Below, one piece after another: positions 1 to 12,841 of a stretch of DNA of 64,000 bases. The notes below the pieces were generated by a model that saw only the letters and a program-made list of their open reading frames with translations, was not told where the DNA came from and made no database searches. Position 1 is the first letter of the stretch; each line of letters begins with the position of its first letter. Source of the DNA: Pseudomonadota bacterium (GTDB lineage Bacteria; Pseudomonadota; Gammaproteobacteria; SURF-13); the NCBI GenBank assembly GCA_041695325.1, contig JBGFRC010000019.1, positions 871-64,870 on the forward strand. The letters are read 5' to 3'. The translations under genes were made by a program, and so were the position numbers.

Positions 1-611
1 ATAACCAGCTCACCACCGGCAAGAAAGCGGTGGCCTGATGTTTTGTTACTGCTTTTCAGCCCCAGCACTTCGCCCGGCACTATCCTGCCGCCGTGCAGCA
101 TAATCAGCCCATGCACCGGGCGCACGAATTCCACCTCGCCTCCACGCCAGCGCATCAGCTTGGCGACGGGGAGCTTTTTAATCACGCCCGCAACGATGGC
201 GGCCAGGTGTTTTTCCAGCGCCTCGCCGGGCTGCCTGGCGCGGAACACGAAGTATTCGCCTTTTTTGTCGCTTTGTTTTTCGAGTTTTTCGACGGCGACG
301 CCGCAAGACCTGGCGAAACCGATGAGCGCGGGCGTGGGTTTTTCATTCTGGTCCAAGGCGCCGGCGAGCGCCGGGCCTTTGCGTTCAATCGTGCGCTCCG
401 GCTGTTTGTCCAGCACATCCTTGATAAGCGCCGCCAAGCGGCGCGGCGTGGCATACTCGGTGACGGCCTTGGCGTAGTCAGCGTCCGCCGCGACCAGGCC
501 CTGTTCCTTCAGCCCTTCAAATATTCCTTTGCAAAAGGCCTGGGAAAGTTTAAGCAGCGACTTGGGCGGCAGCTCTTCGGTGAGCAGCTCAATGAGCAGG
601 CTGTCTTGCAT
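1..611 (-). CDS. glyS: Glycine--tRNA ligase beta subunit, N-terminal part (gene runs off the window start)
   Basis: Absent from the ORF track because it is truncated. My minus-strand translation from the ATG (complement of 609-611) reads MQDSLLIELLTEELPPKSL...ATPRRLAALIKDV...FVRPVHGLIMLHGG, a typical GlyS N-terminus. It lies 56 nt downstream of glyQ. Confidence 0.9.
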   Translation of the reverse strand, partial: MQDSLLIELLTEELPPKSLLKLSQAFCKGIFEGLKEQGLVAADADYAKAVTEYATPRRLAALIKDVLDKQPERTIERKGPALAGALDQNEKPTPALIGFARSCGVAVEKLEKQSDKKGEYFVFRARQPGEALEKHLAAIVAGVIKKLPVAKLMRWRGGEVEFVRPVHGLIMLHGGRIVPGEVLGLKSSNKTSGHRFLAGGELV

Positions 612-667
612 ATTCTTTAATTTGAGTGAAGATGGATTGGAAGGAAAATCCCCCTCCGCCCCCCTTT

Positions 668-1621
<954 letters not shown>

Positions 1622-1687
1622 AATTGTTAGTATAGCGCGATATGCGCCGCTGGCTAAGTAGGTTAAATTGAAGACTTCCGATTTGCA

Positions 1688-1704
1688 TGCACCACTTTAG
1701 TGCA
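1688..1704. promoter_or_regulatory. Candidate NtrC enhancer site (TGCACCACTTTAGTGCA)
   Basis: Near-perfect match to the NtrC consensus TGCACCA-N3-TGGTGCA, about 100 bp upstream of the sigma54 motif of glnA. Confidence 0.6.
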
Positions 1705-1717
1705 CATAGATTTTTAT

Positions 1718-1734
1718 TGCCCCAACATGGGGCA
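1718..1734. promoter_or_regulatory. Second candidate NtrC-type palindrome (TGCCCCAACATGGGGCA)
   Basis: Perfect 7-3-7 palindrome with the same TGC...GCA frame, 30 bp from the first site. A two-site arrangement is typical of glnAp2. Confidence 0.45.
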
Positions 1735-1785
1735 TATAGTATTGGGCTGTTTCTAAAAACAAAAGCAAAATTAGGGATTTATAAA

Positions 1786-1800
1786 TGGCACGTTTCGTGC
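1786..1800 (+). promoter_or_regulatory. Candidate sigma54 (-24/-12) promoter of glnA (TGGCACGTTTCGTGC)
   Basis: TGGCAC-N5-xTGC with correct GG/GC spacing (12 nt), about 85 nt upstream of the glnA ATG and downstream of the NtrC-like sites. Confidence 0.6.
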
Positions 1801-1884
1801 CAAAATGATTTTTTGTCAATTGCAACTCCATAACCACAAGCAGCGCCGATTCCTTATCTAAGCCATTACTAGCAGGAGAGTTTC

Positions 1885-3291
<1,407 letters not shown>

Positions 3292-3307
3292 GCAGTGCTT
3301 GAAGCCT

Positions 3308-3333
3308 ACGTCCCCCGTACGGGGGACGTTTTA
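3308..3333 (+). terminator. Rho-independent terminator after glnA
   Basis: ACGTCCCCCGTACGGGGGACGT perfect hairpin followed by TTTT, 17 nt after the glnA stop. Confidence 0.75.
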
Positions 3334-3526
3334 TGCGGCTTTGGCGCGATTCCTGCAGCCGACCATAGATAGCGGTTGCCCGCAACTTAGATCTAGTCTA
3401 ATTGAAAGACTGAATTTAAAATGGAGCGAAAAACCGGGGTGGTTTTAGGTTGCATTTCGGGCGAGAATGTAATCTAATTCACGGCTGACTATAGTCTAAC
3501 AATCATCAAGCGGCAGGGAGGGGGTG

Positions 3527-4564
3527 ATGAAACTCCTGAAAATCAAAGTGTTAATAAAGCGCCTGTTCCCGGAACGCCAGCTTTTCTACCGCAGCCAGGG
3601 GCGGATACGCTTCATTTCCTTCGCGCCGGGCGTACAGATTACGTGCGCCGCGCTGTTACTGGCATGGGGCGGCTGGACTGGTTACCGTGAGTTCGCCACC
3701 ATCACCGATGCCGAACGCATCGCCCTGCAGGAGGCGGAGATCAAACGGCTGACGTCCGAATCCGGCGCCTTCAAGGCTCAAAGTGAGACCCTCGCCCATC
3801 AAGTGGCGCAACTGCAAGATTATCTGCAAAATTCGTTGAGCCGCCTGGCCGAAATGAAGGCCACCCATGAAGAGATGGTGGCGCTGGTACAGGAGCATAC
3901 CCAATCCGATGTGCAGCGTATGGGACGCGCGCTCGCCCTCACCGGCCTCAAACTGGATCAATTGCTGCCCAGTTCAAGCAAGCCCGGCGCCAATAGAGGC
4001 GTGGGCGGGCCCTTGATTGATCCCGAAGCCGATCAAAACCGCGCCCCCTATAGCGGGCTGTCCGGCCTTCTTGCCGCACCTCCCACCAACATGGGACAAC
4101 TCGACCAGCAATTGAGCACCTGGTCCCGGCTGCGCTCCGTATTGAATCGCCTGCCGCTCGGCATACCCGTCGAGGCCGGCAATGTGACGAGCGGTTTTGG
4201 CGCGCGCAGCGACCCCTTTACGCATGGCAGCGCGGTACATTACGGCCTGGACATCGCCGCGCCGAAAGGCACGCCCATTTATGCCACCGCGCCGGGGACG
4301 GTGACCTTCGCTGGCCGCAACGGCCCTTACGGACTCATGGTGGAAATAGACCACGGCCTGGGGATAAAGACGCGCCACGGGCATTTGAGCAAAATCGTGG
4401 TCCGGGCGGGCGACAAGATTGCCTATCGTGATAGAATCGGTTTGATGGGTTCAACCGGACGTAGTACCGGGCCGCACCTGCATTACGAAGTGGTGTTCAA
4501 CGGCGTGCCGCAAGACCCGGCCAAATTCCTCAAGGCAGGCAAATATGTTCTCGAAAAAGGATAA
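3527..4564 (+). CDS. M23 (LytM) family peptidase with N-terminal TM segment and coiled coil
   Basis: C-terminus HYGLDIAAPKGTPIYATAPGTV...IDHGLGIKTRHGHLS...GSTGRSTGPHLHYEV is the M23 signature. GGGAGGGGG SD precedes GTG 3524 / ATG 3527. Confidence 0.85.
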   Translation: MKLLKIKVLIKRLFPERQLFYRSQGRIRFISFAPGVQITCAALLLAWGGWTGYREFATITDAERIALQEAEIKRLTSESGAFKAQSETLAHQVAQLQDYLQNSLSRLAEMKATHEEMVALVQEHTQSDVQRMGRALALTGLKLDQLLPSSSKPGANRGVGGPLIDPEADQNRAPYSGLSGLLAAPPTNMGQLDQQLSTWSRLRSVLNRLPLGIPVEAGNVTSGFGARSDPFTHGSAVHYGLDIAAPKGTPIYATAPGTVTFAGRNGPYGLMVEIDHGLGIKTRHGHLSKIVVRAGDKIAYRDRIGLMGSTGRSTGPHLHYEVVFNGVPQDPAKFLKAGKYVLEKG

Positions 4565-4964
4565 GGTCGTGAGCAAAAACGGCAACGCCCCTTCCATCTT
4601 GAGCGCCAATCTGCGCGTGGTGGGCAACCTCACCACTGACGGCGAACTGCAGGTGGACGGTACCGTCGAAGGCGACGTGACCGCGGGCCGCCTCACCGTC
4701 GGCGCAAGCGCCAGGATCACCGGTAACGCCAACGCCGAACAGGTCATCGTGCAGGGGGAGGTGCGCGGCGCGATCCACGCGCGCACCGTGCAACTCGGGC
4801 GCAGCGCCAAGGTCACCGGTGACATTGGCTGGCGCGAAACGCTGACGATCGAGGCGGGCGCCTATTACGAGGGACAGTGCAAACACAGCGACAAGTCGCA
4901 GGACCTCAGCGAACACGCCGCCCTGCCCGAAACCGGGAGTTCCTTTCTGCAAAGAGTCATGTAG
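4545..4964 (+). CDS. Bactofilin (DUF583, CcmA-like polymer-forming cytoskeletal protein)
   Basis: 139 aa with the repetitive beta-helix pattern NLRVVGNLTTDGELQVDGTVEGDVTAGRLTVGASARITGNANAEQVIVQGEVRG. Overlaps the M23 gene by 20 nt. Confidence 0.85.
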   Translation: MFSKKDKVVSKNGNAPSILSANLRVVGNLTTDGELQVDGTVEGDVTAGRLTVGASARITGNANAEQVIVQGEVRGAIHARTVQLGRSAKVTGDIGWRETLTIEAGAYYEGQCKHSDKSQDLSEHAALPETGSSFLQRVM

Positions 4965-5003
4965 GACGGCTTAAGGCGCGCAGAACCGACACAAGCATTT
5001 TGC

Positions 5004-5561
5004 ATGAGACGATCGCGGCTAGCGCTTGTATTAGCCTGCACGCCGCTGCTGGCGCAGGCCGCCATTTACAAGTGGGTCGGACCGGACGGCACAACCGTGT
5101 ACTCCGACCAGCCGCAACCCGGCGCCGAGGAAATAAAGTTACCCAAAGAGCCGCCCCCGGCGGTCGAAGTCAAACCTATCCCCGCCACCGCGCCCACTCC
5201 TCCCATCGAAGCCGGGCCGGGTGAAAAACCCGCCGCGGCGCCTGAATTCAAGGGTTACAGCAAGGTGGCCATCGTCAGACCCAAAAACGATGAGGCCGTG
5301 CGCGCCAATGACGGCAACGTGGAGGTGGAGATCGCCCTGGAACCCGCGTTTGATCCCAAGCTCGGCCACGTTTTCATAGCGAACCTGGACGGCGCACCCT
5401 TCGGCGCGCCGCAAACCGAACCCCTATTCCGGCTGCTTAACGTAGACCGCGGCACGCACAACCTGCGGGTAGAGGTAAAAGACAGCGAGGGCAACACCGT
5501 GGGCGACACCGGCTCCATCGTGTTTCACGTTCTGCGCGTATCAATAAGAAGAGCCCCTTGA
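5004..5561 (+). CDS. DUF4124-domain secreted protein
   Basis: Signal peptide followed by AAIYKWVGPDGTTVYSDQPQPG, the DUF4124 hallmark. Confidence 0.7.
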   Translation: MRRSRLALVLACTPLLAQAAIYKWVGPDGTTVYSDQPQPGAEEIKLPKEPPPAVEVKPIPATAPTPPIEAGPGEKPAAAPEFKGYSKVAIVRPKNDEAVRANDGNVEVEIALEPAFDPKLGHVFIANLDGAPFGAPQTEPLFRLLNVDRGTHNLRVEVKDSEGNTVGDTGSIVFHVLRVSIRRAP

Positions 5562-5577
5562 GTTCCCCTTCTGGCAT

Positions 5578-5650
5578 CTCAGCACTTGGTTGAAAAAAGG
5601 CCATCCGCGGCCCATAGCGCCTCGCAATTTGTTCTCCAACGAACTGCCAC
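5578..5650. repeat. Degenerate copy of the short MITE-like element (TIR CT.AGCA..TGGTTGAAAAA)
   Basis: CTCAGCACTTGGTTGAAAAAAGGCC...CAACGAACTGCCAC resembles the element at 8332-8433 but is eroded at the right end. Confidence 0.4.
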
Positions 5651-5682
5651 GGCTCCTCCTGGCTTGTTTTTTTCTATTTTGA

Positions 5683-5699
5683 TGCACCATAATAGTGCG
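5683..5699. promoter_or_regulatory. Candidate NtrC site upstream of ntrB (TGCACCATAATAGTGCG)
   Basis: Matches TGCACCA-N3-T.GTGC. and closely resembles the site upstream of glnA. Confidence 0.5.
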
Positions 5700-5813
5700 T
5701 ACCATGTTCAGCCACCCGCGACAGGATCCGCCGTCTATTTATTAACAAATTGTTTTATATACGTTTTTTAAGAACGCGAGCGACTTGGTTTGGGTCTTGC
5801 TATAGCCTTTGAT

Positions 5814-6917
5814 ATGAGCGCGGCTAAGCTGTATCCGTCCATCATCGAGAATCTTAATACGGCGGTGCTGCTTCTGGATGGGGCACTGAAGGTGGCCTAC
5901 CTCAATCCAGCGGCGGAAATGTTGCTGGCGCTGTCCGCGCGTCAGGCGCGCGGCCTCTCGCTCAGCAGCCTGTTGCCGGAGGCGCACGCCTACCTGGAGG
6001 CATTGAGACGCGCGCTCATCAACCAGCACCCTTACACCGAGCGCGGCTTGAGCCTGCACCTACCCCATCAGGAACCCGTGGCCGTGGACAGCAGCGTGAC
6101 GCCGCTCAGCAATCACAAGCTCCTGGTGGAGCTGTTGCGCGTGGACCAGCATCTGCGCATCACGCGCGAGGAGGCGCGTCTGGCGCAATATCAAACCAAC
6201 CGCACGGTGCTCAAGGGACTGGCGCATGAAATCAACAATCCTCTCGGCGGCTTGCGCGGCGCGGCGCAGCTCCTGGAGCGCGAACTCGATTCGGATACTC
6301 TCAAGGAATACACCCGCGTGATCATCGGCGAGGCGGACCGTTTGCAAAATCTCTTGAAACGCGTCCTTACGCCTAGCAGTCCACCACAACGGCGGATGAT
6401 CAATATTCACGAGGTGCTGGAGCGGGTGCGCAGCCTGGTGCTGGCCGAAACCCATCAGGGCGTGGAGGTACGGCGCGATTATGACCCCAGCCTACCGGAA
6501 TTGTCAGCCGACCCGGAGCAGTTGATCCAGGCGCTGCTCAACATCGCGCGCAATGCCGTCCAGGCCCTGGGCGGCAAGGGCATGATACGCTTCGGCACGC
6601 GCGTCGCGCGAGCGTGCAACATCGGCCACAAACGCCATCGCCTGGTGGCGCGCATCACGATCGCGGACAGCGGTCCCGGCATACCCTTGCAGATTATGGA
6701 TAACATTTTTTACCCCATGGTCACCGGACGCGCCAATGGCACCGGCCTCGGCCTGTCCATCGCGCAAACGCTGATCAACCAGCACGACGGATTGATCGAG
6801 TGCACGAGCCGCCCCGGCGATACCGTGTTCACGATTCTGTTGCCGTTGCAAACCGTGTCCCCGGCTGCGAGCGCGTCGTCCACAACCGTCTTCGCGGCAA
6901 CGCGGATCAGGGAGTAG
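5814..6917 (+). CDS. ntrB: Nitrogen regulation sensor histidine kinase NtrB
   Basis: PAS-like N-terminus (IIENLNTAVLLLDGALKVAYLNPAAEMLL), H-box LAHEINNPLGGLRGAAQLLE, N/G boxes. ATG at 5814 is preferred over the TTG at 5790 used in the track. Confidence 0.9.
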   Translation: MSAAKLYPSIIENLNTAVLLLDGALKVAYLNPAAEMLLALSARQARGLSLSSLLPEAHAYLEALRRALINQHPYTERGLSLHLPHQEPVAVDSSVTPLSNHKLLVELLRVDQHLRITREEARLAQYQTNRTVLKGLAHEINNPLGGLRGAAQLLERELDSDTLKEYTRVIIGEADRLQNLLKRVLTPSSPPQRRMINIHEVLERVRSLVLAETHQGVEVRRDYDPSLPELSADPEQLIQALLNIARNAVQALGGKGMIRFGTRVARACNIGHKRHRLVARITIADSGPGIPLQIMDNIFYPMVTGRANGTGLGLSIAQTLINQHDGLIECTSRPGDTVFTILLPLQTVSPAASASSTTVFAATRIRE

Positions 6918-6925
6918 AGCGCGCC

Positions 6926-8335
6926 ATGTCGGAAAAAATAACCGTGTGGGTGATAGATGACGATCGCTCCATCCGCTGGGTGCTGGAAAAGGCCCTGCAG
7001 GGAGTGGACATGCAGGTGCGCTGCTTCGAAAGCGGACGCGGCGTGGTGCACGCGCTCGCGCGCGAGACGCCGGATGTGCTTATCAGCGACATCCGCATGC
7101 CCGACGTCAACGGCCTGGAGCTTCTGAGCGAGATCAAGCAACGTTACCCGCAACTGCCGGTCATCATCATGACCGCGCACTCCGATCTCGACAGCACCGT
7201 CGCCGCCTATCAGCGCGGAGCATTCGAGTATCTGCCCAAGCCGTTTGACGTGGACGAGGCGGTGAACCTGGTGCAGCGCGCGCTCAGGGCAAAGCGCAAT
7301 CAGCGGAGCGCGGACGCGCAAGGCCAGGCGCCGTTCACGCCTGAAATCATCGGCGAGGCGGCCTCCATGCAGGAGGTGTTCCGCGCCATCGGCAGGCTGT
7401 CACGCTCGCACATGACGGTGCTCATCACCGGCGAGTCGGGTACGGGCAAGGAGCTGGTGGCGCGCGCGCTGCACCGGCACAGTCCGCGCGCCGACAAGCC
7501 CTTCCTCGCGCTCAACATGGCGGCGATTCCGCGCGATCTGCTGGAGTCGGAGCTGTTCGGCCACGAGCGCGGCGCGTTCACCGGCGCGCAGCAGCAGCGC
7601 ATCGGACGCTTCGAGCAGGCCAACGGCGGCGCCTTGTTCCTGGACGAGATCGGCGACATGCCCGCGGAATTGCAGACCCGATTGCTGCGCGTGCTGGCCG
7701 ACGGCGAGTTCTACCGCGTAGGCGGCCACCAGCCGGTGAAGGTGGACGTGCGCATCATCGCCGCCACGCACCAGAATCTGGAGCAGCGCGTGCAGCAGGA
7801 GCGTTTCCGCGAAGACCTGTTCCACCGCCTCAACGTGATTCGCGTGCACGTTCCCGCGCTGCGCGAGCGGCGCGAGGACATCCCTGCGCTGGCGCGCCAC
7901 TTCCTGGCGCAGGCCGCGCGGGAGCTGAACGTCGAGGCGAAGATTTTGAGCGCCGACACCGAGGTGCAGTTGTGCCGCCTCCCCTGGCCCGGCAACGTGC
8001 GCCAACTGGAAAACACCTGTCGCTGGCTCACCGTGATGACCGTCGGCCAGGTGATACACCCGGAGGATTTGCCCCCCGAGCTGCGCCACCCGCACGCGCA
8101 GGATGACGCGCGTGAAGACTGGCAGAGCGCCTTGCAGCGCTGGGTGCAGTTGCGTCTCATGCACGGCGAGAGCGGTTTACTCAACAGCGCCGGACCCAAT
8201 TTCGAGCGCATCATGATCGAGACCGCGCTGAAGCACACCGGCGGACGGCGCCAGGACGCGGCCAAATTGCTCGGCTGGGGACGCAATACGCTGACGCGCA
8301 AAATCCAGGAGCTGGGACTGGAGGCGTCAGACTAA
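6926..8335 (+). CDS. ntrC: Nitrogen regulation response regulator NtrC (sigma54 activator)
   Basis: Receiver domain MSEKITVWVIDDDRSIRWVLEKAL, AAA+ motifs GESGTGKE and GAFTGA, C-terminal HTH. ATG 6926 lies 9 nt after the ntrB stop. The 6800 start in the track is an upstream extension overlapping ntrB. Confidence 0.95.
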   Translation: MSEKITVWVIDDDRSIRWVLEKALQGVDMQVRCFESGRGVVHALARETPDVLISDIRMPDVNGLELLSEIKQRYPQLPVIIMTAHSDLDSTVAAYQRGAFEYLPKPFDVDEAVNLVQRALRAKRNQRSADAQGQAPFTPEIIGEAASMQEVFRAIGRLSRSHMTVLITGESGTGKELVARALHRHSPRADKPFLALNMAAIPRDLLESELFGHERGAFTGAQQQRIGRFEQANGGALFLDEIGDMPAELQTRLLRVLADGEFYRVGGHQPVKVDVRIIAATHQNLEQRVQQERFREDLFHRLNVIRVHVPALRERREDIPALARHFLAQAARELNVEAKILSADTEVQLCRLPWPGNVRQLENTCRWLTVMTVGQVIHPEDLPPELRHPHAQDDAREDWQSALQRWVQLRLMHGESGLLNSAGPNFERIMIETALKHTGGRRQDAAKLLGWGRNTLTRKIQELGLEASD

Positions 8336-8433
8336 CAGTTTGTTGAAAAAGGCCGTCCTGGCCTTTTTCAACTCGCTTCGGCGCGGCACGCCCCTCTGGC
8401 GCTTAGCAGTTCGTTTTTCAACGAACTGCTAAG
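8332..8433. mobile_element. Short MITE-like element (102 bp) with 19-20 bp TIRs
   Basis: Left end CTAACAGTTTGTTGAAAAA. The right end reverse-complements to CTTAGCAGTTCGTTGAAAAA. Internal hairpins AAAAAGGCCGTCCTGGCCTTTTT and CTTAGCAGTTCGTT/AACGAACTGCTAAG. The TIR is shared with the elements at 42298 and 53478. Confidence 0.6.
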
Positions 8434-8468
8434 TTTCGAGTCTTGAATTAGCAGCGGGAGATCAATGT

Positions 8469-8900
8469 ATGTCTCAGCGGAATGTATTCATCCGGCTTAT
8501 CGCGCTGACTCTGGTCTGCGCTTCCTACGCTCACGCGGAACCGCGCAAGCCGGTCGCCAGTGAAGAACAGGGCATTTTACTTTCCCCCGGCATGATACAG
8601 CTCATGGAGGAGGCCGACGCGGGCGACGCGGACGCCGCCAACACGGTGGGCGTGCAATATGAAATGGGCCTGAGCGTGGTGCAGAATTACGTCGAGGCAA
8701 TGAACTGGTACCGCAAGGCGGCCGCGATGGGCAGCGTCGAGGCCTTGTACAACATCGGCGCCATGCACGAAGGCGGCGTGGGCATGCCACGAGACAAAAA
8801 TGAGGCGTTGCAGTGGTATGAAAAAGCCGCCGCCAAGGGCCACAGCGGCGCGCAAACCCGCATCAAGATACTCAAAGAGTCCGCATCGGGCCTGAAATAA
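8469..8900 (+). CDS. Sel1-repeat (SLR) secreted protein
   Basis: Signal peptide plus repeated A.NW.RKAA.G...A.Y.LG..Y..G.GV..D...A..WY.KAA motifs. Confidence 0.8.
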   Translation: MSQRNVFIRLIALTLVCASYAHAEPRKPVASEEQGILLSPGMIQLMEEADAGDADAANTVGVQYEMGLSVVQNYVEAMNWYRKAAAMGSVEALYNIGAMHEGGVGMPRDKNEALQWYEKAAAKGHSGAQTRIKILKESASGLK

Positions 8901-8903
8901 ATT

Positions 8904-10075
<1,172 letters not shown>

Positions 10076-10092
<17 letters not shown>

Positions 10093-11398
10093 CGCCGCCC
10101 ACGATGACCGTCACCATCCGCTCCGGATGGACGCGGCGCTGAAAGGCGTCCTTGATTTGCGCCAGCGTAACCCCCTCTACACGGCTGGTATAGGTATCGA
10201 GATAATCCAGCGGCAGATGATAGAACCCGATCAGCACCAGATGATCGAGCAGCTTGCTGTTGCTGTCCAGGCGCAGCGCGAAGCCGCCGGTGATGTTTTT
10301 CCCGGCGGCCTTCAGTTCCTCTTCCGCCGGGCCGTTTGCGACAAAGTCAGCGAGGGTGCCGCGCAGCACTTGCAGCGCCTCATCGGCCCTGTCGTTGCGC
10401 GTCTGCAAACCGAGCATATACGGCCCGGCCACGCGCATCGGCGCGAAGTAGCTGTAGGCGCTGTAGGACAGGCCGCGCTTCTCGCGTATTTCGTTGGAGA
10501 TGCGCGACACCAGCCCGCTGCCGCCCAGGATGTGATTGCCGACCAGGAGCGGGAAATAGTCCGGATCGTCTCGGCTCATGCCGATCTGTCCTATGAGGAC
10601 GTGGGTTTGCGTGGACGGATGCGGCAAGCGAATGGTCTGCGCAAGCTGCGGCGCGACGGCGGGGAGCGCCGCCGCGCGCTCCCCCGGCGGCAGTGATCCC
10701 GCCACTTGCTCCGCCAGCGCATGGGCCTCGTCGCGGGTCAGCGCGCCGACGATGGCGACCACGGCGTTGCGCGCCACGTAGTAACGCGCATGAAATTCTG
10801 CTACGTCTTCGCGCGTAAGCCTGCTTAGCGTCTGTTCGGTGCCCCCCGGCTCGCCGGCATAGGGATGATCCGCATATAACGCTTTATAAAAATTCTTGCT
10901 TGCGATATCGCCCGGCGACTGCTCCTGCTGACGCAGCCCCACCAGCATGCGATTGCGTTCGCGTTCAAATGCGGCAGCGGGAAAGGCGGGCGCGCGCAGT
11001 ATCCCGGCCATGAGGTCGAGCGCAGGCTGCAACAATCCGGTCTCGGTGAGGCTGCGCAGGCTGACCGATGCCGTCTCACGATCCGCTCCCGCGCCGAATC
11101 TCGCGCCGAGGGCGGCGAAGCGTTCGGCGATCTCGTCCGCGTTGAGCTCCGCCTCCGCGGTCTTTACGCCCTCCGCGAGCATCGTGGCGGTCAGCGCGGC
11201 GAGGCCGTTTTTGCCATCGTCGCGCGCGCTGCCCGCGTCAAACACCACGCGCACGTCCACCATGGGCAGATCGGGCGCGGACACAAAATACACACGTGCG
11301 CCGTTTTGCGTCTGCCAGTGCTGTATCGCCGGCCCGGCCTGGGCGGCGCTCGCCGCGAACAGCAGCGCCGCCAATAACACATGTTTAACGGACATCAT
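10076..11398 (-). CDS. M16 (pitrilysin) family peptidase, non-catalytic-type subunit
   Basis: Signal peptide MMSVKHVLLAALLFAASAAQA and M16 fold-like sequence without HxxEH. ATG 11398/11395 chosen (track ORF starts at 11482). Overlaps the upstream M16 gene by 14 nt. Confidence 0.8.
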
Positions 11399-12767
11399 GA
11401 CCTCCCCTGCTTGCCGCGGCGCGCAGTCTGTTCGGGTCCATGGGCAACGGTTCCAGCACGGCCACCGTGAGCCGGTCGTCAATTAAATACTTGTGCGCCA
11501 CCTGCTGCACCTGCCCGGCGGTGACGGCGTTGATGCGCTCCACGTACTCGTCCATCACGCGCCAGCCCAAGCCCACCGTCTCCAACACGCCGATCTGCAT
11601 CGCCTGAGCGAAGAGCGAGTCGCGTTCATAGATGCGGCGCGCCACCACCTGGGCCTTGATGCGCGCGAGCTCTTGCGCGCTCACCGGCTCGTCCCGCGCG
11701 CGCCTGATCTCTGCGCGCAGCGCTTGCTCCAGCTCCTCGATAGTGCGTCCTTGCGCGGGCGTGCCGTCGAGCAGGAACAAATCCGCCGCACGCGAGTGAA
11801 GGTTATAGCCGGCGCCGGCGTTGGCCGCGACCCGCCGCTCGCGCACCAGGCGCTTAGGGAAACGCGCGCTGTCGCCGCCGGAAAACACGGCGGACAGCAC
11901 CTCCAGCGCATACGCCTCCCATTGGTCTTCCGGCTTCAGGCTGTTCAGCACCGGCGCGTGATAGCCCAGGATGAGATAGGGCAGCTCCGCCGGGGCCTTG
12001 ACCGTGACGCGGCGCTCACCGCTCCGTTCGGCCTCGCGGCGCGGCTTGGGGGGAATCAGCTTACCGGCTTTGAGCGGGCCGAAATGTTTTCGTGCAAGCC
12101 TGTACACCTGCTCCGCGTCCACGTCGCCCACCACCACCAGCGTGGCGTTGTTGGGTGCATACCAGCGCCGGTACCAGTCCTTAAGATCAGTCAGCGTGAG
12201 GTTTTCCAGGTCGTCCATCCAGCCGATGACCGGATTGCGATAGGCGCTGTTTTGAAACGCGACGCCGTTGAATTCCTCATAGGCGCGCGCTTCGGGATTG
12301 TCTTCGGTGCGCAGGCGGCGTTCCTCCATCACCACTTTCAATTCCTTCTCGAATTCCTGCTCCTTGAGCAGCAGGTTGCGCATGCGGTCGGATTCGATCT
12401 CGAAGCTCACCGGCAGGCGGCTTTTCTCCAGTTGCTGATAATAGGCGGTGTAGTCGCGTCCGGTGAAGGCGTTTTCGCGCCCGCCGTTTTCGGAGATGAT
12501 GCGCGAGGCCTCGTTCGGACCGAATTTGCGCGTACCCTGGAACATCATGTGCTCCAGCACGTGCGAGATGCCGGTGATGCCGCTGTGCTCGTAGCTGGAA
12601 CCGACCTTGTACCACACCTGCGACACTACCACCGGCGCGCGATGGTCTTCGCGCACGATAATCTTGAGGCCGTTGTCGAGTTTGAACTCATGCGTGGCGC
12701 CGTCCGCGCCGTGCGCCGCGCCGAGAAAGAACAGGAAAGGCAGGAGCAAAATGAGCCGGTTATACAC
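11385..12767 (-). CDS. M16 family zinc peptidase (catalytic, HxxEH)
   Basis: Signal peptide, then GISHVLEHMMFQGT (inverted zinc motif HxxEH) and ENAFTGRDYTAYY. Confidence 0.88.
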   Translation of the reverse strand: MYNRLILLLPFLFFLGAAHGADGATHEFKLDNGLKIIVREDHRAPVVVSQVWYKVGSSYEHSGITGISHVLEHMMFQGTRKFGPNEASRIISENGGRENAFTGRDYTAYYQQLEKSRLPVSFEIESDRMRNLLLKEQEFEKELKVVMEERRLRTEDNPEARAYEEFNGVAFQNSAYRNPVIGWMDDLENLTLTDLKDWYRRWYAPNNATLVVVGDVDAEQVYRLARKHFGPLKAGKLIPPKPRREAERSGERRVTVKAPAELPYLILGYHAPVLNSLKPEDQWEAYALEVLSAVFSGGDSARFPKRLVRERRVAANAGAGYNLHSRAADLFLLDGTPAQGRTIEELEQALRAEIRRARDEPVSAQELARIKAQVVARRIYERDSLFAQAMQIGVLETVGLGWRVMDEYVERINAVTAGQVQQVAHKYLIDDRLTVAVLEPLPMDPNRLRAAASRGGHDVR

Positions 12768-12841
12768 GAACCTATCCTTAATTTATTTTATTTAAATGAT
12801 AACATAGCGCTGAGCAGTCCTACCTATGACCGTGACCATCC

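Noticed and set aside
6800-6925. Upstream extension of the ntrC ORF (start at 6800)
   Set aside because: It overlaps the 3' end of ntrB in another frame. The receiver domain begins at MSEKITVWVIDDD (ATG 6926), as in all NtrC proteins.
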